A DNA stretch of 63,610 nt, the filler included, from Octopus bimaculoides (Eukaryota): the NCBI RefSeq assembly GCF_001194135.2. It is 6 parts of 6 records of this genome, joined end to end, with 100 filler letters (N's around TTAATTAATTAA, not from the genome) between each part and the next. Parts side by side here need not be neighbours in the genome. Positions count along the whole stretch, not along the records: positions 34,164 to 48,025 come from NC_069008.1; positions 48,126 to 58,180 come from NC_068989.1; 4 more parts are not named here. The stretch is one strand, 5' to 3'. A program made the translations under genes and the position numbers. Position 1 is the stretch's first letter. Every line of letters begins with the position of its first letter. Under the pieces are notes generated by a model, which did not search any database, was not told the DNA's origin, and worked only from the letters and a program-made list of their open reading frames with translations. This document shows positions 39,738 to 50,352 of the stretch, in pieces.

Positions 39738-40061
39738 CCCAGGAAGACCTGGGCTGAGGTGGTGAGGCAAGACCTTCGTACATTGGGCCTCACCGAGGCG
39801 ATGACTACGGACCGAGACCTTTGGAAATGGGCTGTGCGTGAGAAGACCCGGCAAGCCAAGTAAGATCGTTGCCAGTGCCCCTGGACTGGTTCTTGTGCGG
39901 GTGGCACATGAGATGCACCATTTTGAGCGTGGCCGTTGCCAGTACCGCCTGACTGGCTCCTGTAGGATTTTCGAGCGAGATCGTTGCCAGTGCCCCTGGA
40001 CTGGCTTGTGCGGGTGGCACATAAAAGACACCATTTCGAGCGTGGCCGTTTTCGTGCGGGT
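39738..40061 (+). mobile_element. RTE-clade LINE 3' end with tandemly repeated 3' UTR module
   Basis: PRKTWAEVVRQDLRTLGLTEAMTTDRDLWKWAVREKTRQAK* (stop at 39861-39863) is a typical RTE C-terminus. It is followed by repeats of cgttgccagt...ctggactgg...ggtggcac...gagcgtggccgtt and runs into a gap. Confidence 0.85.
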
Positions 40062-40540
40062 NNNNNNNNNNNNNNNNNNNNNNNNNNNNNNNNNNNNNNN
40101 NNNNNNNNNNNNNNNNNNNNNNNNNNNNNNNNNNNNNNNNNNNNNNNNNNNNNNNNNNNNNNNNNNNNNNNNNNNNNNNNNNNNNNNNNNNNNNNNNNNN
40201 NNNNNNNNNNNNNNNNNNNNNNNNNNNNNNNNNNNNNNNNNNNNNNNNNNNNNNNNNNNNNNNNNNNNNNNNNNNNNNNNNNNNNNNNNNNNNNNNNNNN
40301 NNNNNNNNNNNNNNNNNNNNNNNNNNNNNNNNNNNNNNNNNNNNNNNNNNNNNNNNNNNNNNNNNNNNNNNNNNNNNNNNNNNNNNNNNNNNNNNNNNNN
40401 NNNNNNNNNNNNNNNNNNNNNNNNNNNNNNNNNNNNNNNNNNNNNNNNNNNNNNNNNNNNNNNNNNNNNNNNNNNNNNNNNNNNNNNNNNNNNNNNNNNN
40501 NNNNNNNNNNNNNNNNNNNNNNNNNNNNNNNNNNNNNNNN

Positions 40541-40596
<56 letters not shown>

Positions 40597-40782
40597 GTAT
40601 TCCCATGCAGGAAAAATTATAGGAGAATTTGTTTGGGATTTTGAGATTCAGGTGCATTTTCAAATCCCAAAACAAATTCTTCTACATATATATATTTATA
40701 TGTATTTGTTTGTCTGTGTGTGTGTGTGTGTGCATGCCTACATTCACACACACATATGCACACCATACAACCAGTTACGTAC

Positions 40783-41044
40783 CTTCATGGCCATTAACTC
40801 CTGCATGAGTACTGCATTCTCCAGATCCAAACTCTGGGTGTCGATGCTCGGTGTTGGACCGGAGTCTGAAGCCCGGTCCACATGGACACTCTCAAGTTCC
40901 ATGACGGTCATCTTCACTGCAGCACGGTCATTCTTCAATTGCTGGATATATTCTCGTAGTCGCAGCTCATCTGATTTGCTGAAATCTACTTCATCACATA
41001 CAACAGCAGCAGCAGCAGCACTTCCATCTGAACCTGTTGTTGTG
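40783..41044 (-). CDS. MCC: Internal coding exon of colorectal mutant cancer protein (MCC) orthologue
   Basis: Minus strand reads TTTGSDGSAAAAAVVCDEVDFSKSDELRLREYIQQLKNDRAAVKMTVMELESVHVDRASDSGPTPSIDTQSLDLENAVLMQELMAMK. The blocks YIQQLKNDRAAVK and LDLENAVLMQELMAMK match vertebrate MCC as I recall it. Acceptor ctttttacttacag|C (phase 2) and donor AAG|gtacgt (phase 0). Length 262 nt = 1 + 87 codons, with no stops. Confidence 0.92.
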
Positions 41045-41454
41045 CTGTAAGTAAAAAGGGAATATATATGTCTGTGTATGTGTATGTACATAGTGCACAC
41101 ACACATACACGTAAGCAATAATTATAATGATATAAAACATGGAGAACTTGTTCATCCTCAAAATTTATTTCCTCTTATTTTACAATTTTATACAACATTT
41201 ATTTATGGTTATTAGTAATCATAGACATTAAATACTAACGTGGAACATAACTGAGAACCACCACAGTATCTGCCTGGATGATATATCCCACCAAACACAT
41301 ATCATATATATGTATATATATATATATAATCCTTCCTACAATAGGCACAAGGCTTGAAATTTGGTGGGAGGACTTAGAACTCAGAACATAAAGTTGGATG
41401 AAATACTTCTAAGCATTTTGCCCAGAATGCTAATGACTCTGCCAGCTTGCCCCC

Positions 41455-41496
<42 letters not shown>

Positions 41497-41497
<1 letters not shown>

Positions 41498-41743
41498 TGT
41501 GACCTCCTTTGGTCATGACCGACCATGGGATTGCACCTAGGCACAAGTCCAGGCAAGGTTGTTTATGGAAAACCAGCAGTCGCCCATGCATACCGGCCTC
41601 CCCTCTCCGCGCCACCAGTGTTATCCAAGGGAAAGGCAAAGGCCAATACAGCTTGGCACTTGTGACGTCGCAACTCATTTCTACAGCTGAGTGAACTGGA
41701 GCAATGTGAAATAAAGTGTCTTGCTCAAGAATACAACACGCAG
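41497..41743 (-). mobile_element. SINE, fourth family (gtgttgtattcttgagcaagacactt body), 3' part; appears young
   Basis: Body motif ttcttgagcaagacactttatttcac...cagttcactcagctgtagaaatgag. CpGs are retained. Diverged relatives lie at about 2440-2555 and 29430-29500. Confidence 0.7.
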
Positions 41744-42167
41744 NNNNNNNNNNNNNNNNNNNNNNNNNNNNNNNNNNNNNNNNNNNNNNNNNNNNNNNNN
41801 NNNNNNNNNNNNNNNNNNNNNNNNNNNNNNNNNNNNNNNNNNNNNNNNNNNNNNNNNNNNNNNNNNNNNNNNNNNNNNNNNNNNNNNNNNNNNNNNNNNN
41901 NNNNNNNNNNNNNNNNNNNNNNNNNNNNNNNNNNNNNNNNNNNNNNNNNNNNNNNNNNNNNNNNNNNNNNNNNNNNNNNNNNNNNNNNNNNNNNNNNNNN
42001 NNNNNNNNNNNNNNNNNNNNNNNNNNNNNNNNNNNNNNNNNNNNNNNNNNNNNNNNNNNNNNNNNNNNNNNNNNNNNNNNNNNNNNNNNNNNNNNNNNNN
42101 NNNNNNNNNNNNNNNNNNNNNNNNNNNNNNNNNNNNNNNNNNNNNNNNNNNNNNNNNNNNNNNNNNA

Positions 42168-42310
42168 CAACTGATGCTTCTTAGGTTCAACTTTTCTCTC
42201 ATGGTACTTACACTCTGTTGAGTATGCACACTGACATTACACATCCATCGAAGCATACTGGCTTCATTCCTTTCGAGCTTACGCATGTCCTCAGCAGTCA
42301 CGCCCCCCCG
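42168..42310 (-). mobile_element. RTE-clade LINE fragment (post-RT region)
   Basis: TAEDMRKLERNEASMLRWMCNVSVHTQQSVSTMREKLNLRSISC matches the RTE E-x-x-MLRWMC motif. Confidence 0.8.
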
Positions 42311-42687
42311 CCCCACACATATATATATATATATATATACTGTTTTGTCTGGGGAGAGTCATTTTCTTTTTGTGCCTTATAATTTAACACACTCACTGGT
42401 AAAATTTCCACTTATTTCTTATTTTTATTTTCCTAAAAGGTTGCATCTTGTAACTTCTTCAATAGTCTTGAGTCTGTCCGTTATTCATGGACAGAGTCAA
42501 GACTATTGAAAAGGTTGCAAGATGCAACGAAAATTTTAGGAAAATAAAAATAAGAAATAAGTGGAAATTTTACTGGTGAGAGTGTTAAATAATAAGGCAC
42601 AAAAGGAAAATGACTCCCCAGACACAACAGAATATGCTTCAACACACGAACTCACATAAAGAATCTTGCAAACCAAATCGATAAACA

Positions 42688-42771
<84 letters not shown>

Positions 42772-44371
42772 GTATACAAATATATGTATACAGCTACAAC
42801 CTCAAAACATATATATGTATACATATATATGTATAGATTATTAATAAAAAGTAAAAGGGATTAATAAATGTAGGCAGATATCTATAAAGTACTCAGTGCT
42901 AAACGAATTTGGTTAATTATTGCAGACAACCAGATACTCAAGTAGAGCACACCTATAAGGTAATTCTTCATGTATGACAAGTAAATCCAAATATTGCTTA
43001 GAAGAATTTCAAGAAATTCAGAGTATAAGATAACAAGAAACTTTATATTTTATTATTTCACCTATGCATAATGAAACTCAGAAACTAGTGTTAGAACTCT
43101 ATATATAGGCTTCAGAATAAATTGTCAGTTGAGTACAGAGCAGTAATAAGAAATTGAACAAATGGCAAGAGAATAAGAAATTATGTAATGAATTTCATTA
43201 GCTTACAGGTGTTTCTGCTTTAAAATGCAATGCACTCATAGTTGAGTGCTTCTGTGTCACCCTATAAATTCCTTTGAAGCTTCATTGGAGCTGCAATTCT
43301 ATTTGGGATAGTATTACCATTGAAAAAGCATCAACATAAGTAAGAAAATCTTTCAAGGAAGTAAAATCAAGTTCATGACCTCCTCCCTCTCTCATAAACC
43401 ACCTATACTCATGACTACTGTTTTCCCCTTCCCCCCATCCTCCTTCACATGTTCACCTAGCAACCTGTACACAATATGCCCTATTAAATCTCTTTCCTTC
43501 TCCCACCTTCTCCAATTTCTGGTCCACTTCATTATATACACCACCCTGTAACTTGGGTATATGGCCCCTGCCCTCCTCTCTGTTGCATCCTCAATATCTT
43601 TCTCTCCTCTCACTCTTCTCCATCTGAGAAAGTCATGTTTCTCTTCTAATATAGGTTAACTTTTTCTGTCCCTCAATCGTACTCCTCCCCATCTCCAGCT
43701 GCGGGTCCTATTATGCAAGTTACTTGGTAACCTTAATACTGACGGTGGCATGTAAAAGGTACCCAGCAGAACATACTGTGAAGTGGCTGGTGTTAGGAAG
43801 GGCATCCAGCTGTAAAAACTATGTCAAAACAGACAGCAGAGCTTGGTGCAGTCTTCTGACTTACCAGTTCCTATTAAACTGTCCTACTCATGCCATCATG
43901 GAAAACAGACATTAAATGATGATTTTTATCTTTTACTTGTTTTAGTCATTAGATTGCAGCCATGCTGGGGCACTGTTTTTAAGAATTTTTAGTTGAATGA
44001 ATCGACCCCAGTACTTTTTTTAAACCTGGTACGTATTCTGATTTCTTTTGCCTAACTTCTGAGTTACGAGGATGTAAGCATACTAACACTAGTTGACAGG
44101 TGGTGGTTGGAGGACAAACACACACACAAAACACACACACACACACACATGCTGCTGGCATGTATAAAGCACACAGTAAACTCTGTAACATGGTTGGAAT
44201 TAGGTAGGGCATCTAGTTATAAAAATGATGCCACAGCAGACAATTGGAGTCTGGACAATTCCCCAGCTAGCCAGCTGCTTACATGTCAGGATAGAAAAAG
44301 ACACTAAATGATGATGATGATGATGATGATGATATATACATATATATATATATATATATACATGCTTGTGT

Positions 44372-47300
44372 GGGTTTCATGTGAAAAAGTCTTCTCAATT
44401 GTTCAAACAATCCATGGAGGTTTTCATACTCATCTTCACTTTGGATGACAATACACAAAGTTACAGGAGACTGGATGGGATTTTCAAATAAATACACAGA
44501 TCATAGAGGTAACTTATGACAATATCTTAATTGTTATCTACTTGCATTAGCCCTGAATTTTTGCAAGAAATTGTGTTTACCATAGATTAATCAATTACTT
44601 ATCATATGTGTGAACACTTGTGCATGCCCATATTTATAAATATATATTTGTACACATACACACACAAACCTGCAACATGCAATTTGTTCATGTTTGAGTA
44701 TGTGCATGCAATTATTTATGGGATTTCATAGATTTTTGGTGCTAAATGTGGTCCATAGGGTTGTAAGTTTATAGATTTATACAACATATATTTCTCCTGT
44801 GAATCATGTGAAGTGCATATAATTCATATTCAAAAACCTAACCTAGGATAATGTGAAAAATCTATAAAATTCTGTAAATAATTATATGCATATGCTCAAA
44901 GACGAACCACACATGTTGCAGGTGTGTGTGTGTGTATGTAGGTACACACACACACATTTATAAGTATGACACGCACACATAAGATAATTAAGAAATTAAT
45001 GAAACTGGTGAATGCAATTGCTTGCAAAAATCCTAGGCAAATGCAAGGGAGATAATAGTTAAGATATTCTTGTAAGTTACTTCCTGTGAATTGTGCATTT
45101 GTTTCCAAAATCCCATTCAGTCCCATGTAACCTTGAGTATTCTCATCCAAAACAAAGATGAGTAGTAACCTTTCCATGTGGCACGTTAAAACACTCATGC
45201 AGATCTCTTCACATGAAACCATTTGTTGCTTTGTTAACCCACAAATAAAGAATATTTATCTTCTGATGTAGTGTTGAGCACTCATTCTCACTGTTCAATA
45301 TTAGCATAACAATGCTTCCAGCATTGTTATGCTAATAGACACTGGATGAGCACTAAACATAAAGATAGAATCGAAACAAACCATGGAAAAACATGAAGAG
45401 AAAACATCACATAAAAATATTTCTATACAACCAAGGAAAGTGTACATTAAGCATTTCATTGATAAGACAGATAACATCCTGAGGAGAATGACATGGAAAA
45501 CCTATTTCTTCAATAAAGGCATGTCCAGCTCTTGTCTGAAGGTTAGTTATGGCTTCAGATCTTACAAAAACCCACCACATATTAAAGACCTAGATAGATT
45601 TGAAGATGACCTCATAAAATTAGTTTAGAATGTTAAATTCAACCATAGATCTACTAGCTTCCTATATTACAAATGTTGAACCTTCTAAGAAATCTCCAAA
45701 TACATTTACAAAAAGAGATAAAACTAAAAATGTTTATGAGGTAGACAATTGCACACATGACAAACTATTAATTAATTATAAAAAATGAACCCTATCACTT
45801 ATAATTTAATCAATGATGAGGTTAAAAAAACCTAGTGATGAAACTTAACATTGAAAATAGAGTAGAATGATTCATCCCATGAAAACTTTTGCAACCCTGA
45901 AGGACCACAAAGACAATTTCATGTAAAATCCTTGCCATAGATTGATAAATCTCACAAAAAATGAAATAGGTATTATCAGCAAATCGATATTAGATGACAT
46001 CATAACATCACACTACACATTACAACCTCCTCAAACCTTACTTCATGGATATGTAGCCATACAACCATTGAATGGTTCAAGAAAACTGAAGATAAATCCC
46101 CAAAAGCCTGCTTCAAAAGGCATTTGAGTTTAGTAAACCATCATTAACACCAAAATAATCATTATAATGAATGCAAGGAAGTTATTTGTTTTTCATGATA
46201 ATTCTTAACTGTGTGAAAAAGAATGGGGATGAGCTATTTGATGTCACTATAGGGAGCTATGATGGAGCAGATACAGTAGATCTAGTTGGCCTTTATATTT
46301 TACATGAAATAGAAGATGTCAACACAGGATTATATGGGCAAAATACTCTAAATAAAAATGGACATAATATAGATAATATAAGGAATAAATTATGCAACAT
46401 TTTTAATCAACTTAACCTAAAACTACAATTAACATTAATCTCAAAGAATTTCTCAGACATTGATATGAATCTTAGTATAAGCAAATTTAAACCCTACCAA
46501 AACCAAATGAAGGTACCTCCTACATTAACAGAGACTGTAACAATTCTACCATCAATAACAAAACAATTAGTAGGTGTGTTTCTAATCTATCTACCGATGA
46601 AGCTACTTTCAAAAAGGTAGTCCTATATTATAATGTTGCAATAGAAAGGTCCAATTTTAAGAATAATATAGCCTATATTGAAACATAGATAGGCTAAAAA
46701 GATGTAGACAGAGGAAAATACTATGGTATAATCCTCTATTTTGCATGAATGTGGCTACGAATGTAGGTAGAACATTTCTGAAACTCATAGATACATACTT
46801 TCCACACTCACATATATACCAGAAGATCTTCAATAACAATACGGTTAATGTTAGCTATTTTTGCCTCCCCAACATAGAATCAATGATTTTCAATCAATAA
46901 GAATAACAACATTATGAACACTCCCAAAGATCCTGTAATTATAACTGCTCCCTGAATAGTAGGTGCTTGGAAAAAGAACTAGTGTACAGGGCCAGCATCA
47001 CAGACTTGAATAGAACAACAAAAACTTACATTTGAATGATGGGAAAACCATTCAAGGAGTATTGGTTTCATTCAGAGACAAAATCATGACACACAACATT
47101 TCAGAGTATAGTATAGACATTTAAAGAGAGAAGCATGAACAATCACTACATAAACTGGAGTATCATAGCTAAGGCTAGCAAATATAGGGGACACAATAGC
47201 AAATGTGACTTCTGTATCATGGAAAAATTAAATATTATAACATTAACAATATTAGGGAGAAAACGTTCTCCCCTTGTATGCACAAGAAATAATCCATACT

Positions 47301-48006
47301 TCAAAATTTTGAGCATGACCTCCCCACCCCCTCTGCTACCCCTCCAATTAGGGTAAGTTTTTGGATATCAATGAGATGGGCATTATGCTTTATATGTACA
47401 TTATATATTAAAGATATATACTCCCATGAACTTATGTTGGATTCCCGAACTACACTTGATCTATATGCTTAGCACATATGCATGATATCACATGATCCAC
47501 AGAAAAAAAAAACATGTATATGAACTTTTGAACATTTGACTCTATGGACTAAGCTTGCATAAAAAAAATCTATGAAATCCCGTAAATAATTATATGCACA
47601 TACTCAAGCACGAACAAAATGCATGTTGCAGGTGTATATGTGTGTGCTCATATTTATAAATATGCTCATATTTATAAATATGAGCATAAAATAATTAAGG
47701 AATTAATCAGTGGTGGGTGCAACTCTTTGTAAAAATCCAAGACTAATGAAAAGGAGACAACATTTAAGATATTCTTGGAAGTTTTCTCCCTGTGTATTTA
47801 TTTTAAAATCCCATTCAGTCTCATATAACCCTGTGTATTAATTTTTAAATCCCATTCAGTCTCATATAACCCTGTGTATTATTAAAAATGGAGATGAGTA
47901 CCAACACTTCTATGTGGCATGCTTGAATAATTGGGAAGGTCTCTTCACATGAAACCATTGTCTTGTTAACCTAGAAATAAAGGATATTCATTGCCAATGT
48001 AGTGCT
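44372..48006 (+). mobile_element. Penelope-like element (RT + GIY-YIG) with inverted and direct terminal repeats, decayed
   Basis: ORF remnants at about 45400-47260: SHKNISIQPRKVYIKHFIDKTDNILRRMTWKTYFF, YGFRSYKNPP...FEDDLIKLV, DKTKNVYEVD, FDVTIGSYDGADTVDLVGLYIL, CSLNSRCLEKELVYRASIT...TYI and INWSIIAKASKY...KCDFCIMEK. A roughly 400 bp repeat occurs at 44856-45275 (+), 47564-48006 (+) and 44372-44737 (-). Confidence 0.85.
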
Positions 48007-48589
48007 TATATATATATATATATATNNNNNNNNNNNNNNNNNNNNNNNNNNNNNNNNNNNNNNNNNNNNTTAATTAATTAANNNNNNNNNNNNNNNNNNN
48101 NNNNNNNNNNNNNNNNNNNNNNNNNATACATACATACATACAGAATACAGAGAGAGAGAGGGGGGAGAGAGAGAGGGAGAGAGAGAGAGAAGGACAGAGA
48201 GCACAAATGTATCAGTTTATAGTTGAGCTTATCATTTCAAGCAAGAAACCATTCTCTTTGCCGCCTGGACTCAAACCCCGCTCCCTTCTGTTTCTCTATC
48301 TCTCGAAAACAAAGGGTTCTTGGTCAAAGAACCGATCTTGCAGATTTGAAGCATTATAATGAAATAAAATAAAGCGAATACAAAACAAGTGTGAGAGGGA
48401 AATCCTCTTGTACGCCGCCAACAAATATACAACAAATAATTTGGTATTTCTGCCTTTCGTCCATTTCATGATTGTTGTTGCTGACATTTGGTAAGATAAC
48501 TGTGTACGTGGCTGAGAAAAGAACAGAAAGAAAGGAGTATTGGTGGAAAGGAGAGCAAGAGAAAAAGGAATCATGAGGAAATAGAAGAA

Positions 48590-49440
48590 AGAGGAACGGA
48601 GAGTAAACGGAAAGGAGAGCAGAGGAAAGGAGAGCAGGAGAAAGCAAAGGAAAAGAGAGCAGAGGAACGGAGTGTAGAGGAAGGGAGAGCAGAGGAAAGG
48701 AGTGCAGAGGAAGGGAAAGTAGAGGAAAGGGAAGTAGAAGAAAGGAGGGCAGAGGAAAGGAGAGCAGAGGAAAGGAAAGGAGAGCAGAAAAAGAGAGCTG
48801 AGCAAAGGAAATCAGGAGAAAGCAAAGGAAAGGAGAGCAGAGGACGGAGTGTAGAGGAAGGGAGAGCAGAGGAAAGGAGAGCAGAGGAAAGGAGAGCAGA
48901 GGAAAGGAGAGCAGAAGAAGAGAGCTGAGGAAAGGAAATCAGGAGAAAGCAAAGGAAAGGAGAGCAGAAGAAAGGAGAGCAGAGGAAAGGAGAGCAGAGG
49001 AAGGGAGAGCAGAGGAAAGGCAATCAAGAGAAAGCAAAGGAAAGGAGAGCAGAGAAAAAGAATGTAACGGAAAGGAGAGCAAAGGAAAGGAAAGCAGGTA
49101 AAGGAAAGCAGAGGAAAGTAGAGCAGAAAAAAGAGAGCAGAAAGGAGAGCAGAGGAAACGAAAACAGAGGAAAAGAATGTAGAGTAAAGGAAAGTAGAGG
49201 AAAGGAGAGCAGAGGAAAGAAAAGCATAGGAAAGGAAAGTAGAGGAAAGGAAAGTAGAAGAAAGGAGAGCAGAGGAAAGGAGAGCATAGGAAAGGAGAGC
49301 AAAGGAAAGGAAAGTAGAGGAAAGGGAAGTAGAAGAAAGGAGATCAGAGGAAAGGAAAGCAGAAAAAGGAAAGCAGTGGAAAGGGAAGTGGAGGAAAGGA
49401 AAGTAGATGAATGGAAAGTAGGAAAAAAGAAGAGTTGAAG
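48590..49440. repeat. Purine-rich 15-bp minisatellite (AGAGCAGAGGAAAGG)n with variant units
   Basis: About 55 units, with the + strand almost entirely A/G. The variant block caggagaaagcaaaggaaag recurs near 48637, 48811 and 48940, with a looser copy near 49024. Confidence 0.92.
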
Positions 49441-50134
49441 AGGAGTAGCAAGAGGAGGGATGTGTCGGGAGTAGACATTTGACAATTTGCGGTGATAGTA
49501 CTTGGCGCTGGTGGTAGGAAATATTTGTGATCACAATGGGTTGCTGTGGAGATAAAAGCGTGGTTATTGCTTTGGTTGCTGTTCTTTAATTTCAGGTTAC
49601 CTCGGATCGATTCAATAGTCATCGTTCCTTAATCTTTCGTCCCTTCTTTTTCCGTTATGCGGGGAAACTTAGGGCCAGCTTATCCAACGTAACCAATATT
49701 TTTAATGATCATGTGTGACCTGAGGGAAATTTGATTGGAATTTCTAGCATGCCTATCGATCTCATAGACGCTTCTTCAACACAACAGGTTCTTGTGGCGT
49801 TGGTGGTGGTTCAGGTCATGGTTGAGGTGGTGGTTGATGGTAATATTAGGTAGTATTTCAATATCATGGTTGTGATAGCTGGCTTTCGTTACGGTATGAA
49901 TTCACATGTGAACTTTAAAATATTCTCAAGGTTCAAAGGTTGTTAATCAAACGTCTAGTCCTACAGACCCGTATTTCTGTACCAAAATTTGAAACTATTA
50001 TCTAATATGCATCATATATTAATATATATATTATGACTCAGTGGTTAAAACGTCGCGCTCACAACCGTGAGGTAGTGAGTTATACACACACATACATACA
50101 TATATATATGCATACATACACAGACGCACAAATA

Positions 50135-50352
50135 TAGTGGGTGTTGAAAAGTTCCTGGCTTTGAGTAAAGGAAAATGCAGAAGGATCAGTTAATTATGAT
50201 TTTATTCAACATGTTCCCCTCTCAGATTCACACACTTATTGCAGCAGTCCTTCAGTTTTTCTAACCCATGTAAAAGAACTCGCAGGTTTGGGCCTCCAAC
50301 CAGATCTTTCACGACACCGTTAAAGCCAGGAACTTTTAAGCATCCCCTCGTA
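50135..50352. mobile_element. Mariner-derived MITE
   Basis: aaaagttcctggcttt (50147-50162) is the exact reverse complement of aaagccaggaactttt (50322-50337). The right end reads ...catcccctcgta, i.e. a TA-CGAGGGG mariner-type terminus. Confidence 0.75.

Noticed and set aside
47020-47045. In-frame TGA in the PLE GIY-YIG region as selenocysteine
   Set aside because: It falls at the expected Gly of the YIG motif in an element with many other disabling mutations, so a GGA>TGA change is simpler.
48296-49534. Overlapping 150-240 aa minus-strand ORFs (SSALL/CSPFL repeats)
   Set aside because: Pyrimidine-rich minisatellite lacks stops in all three frames; there is no coding signature.
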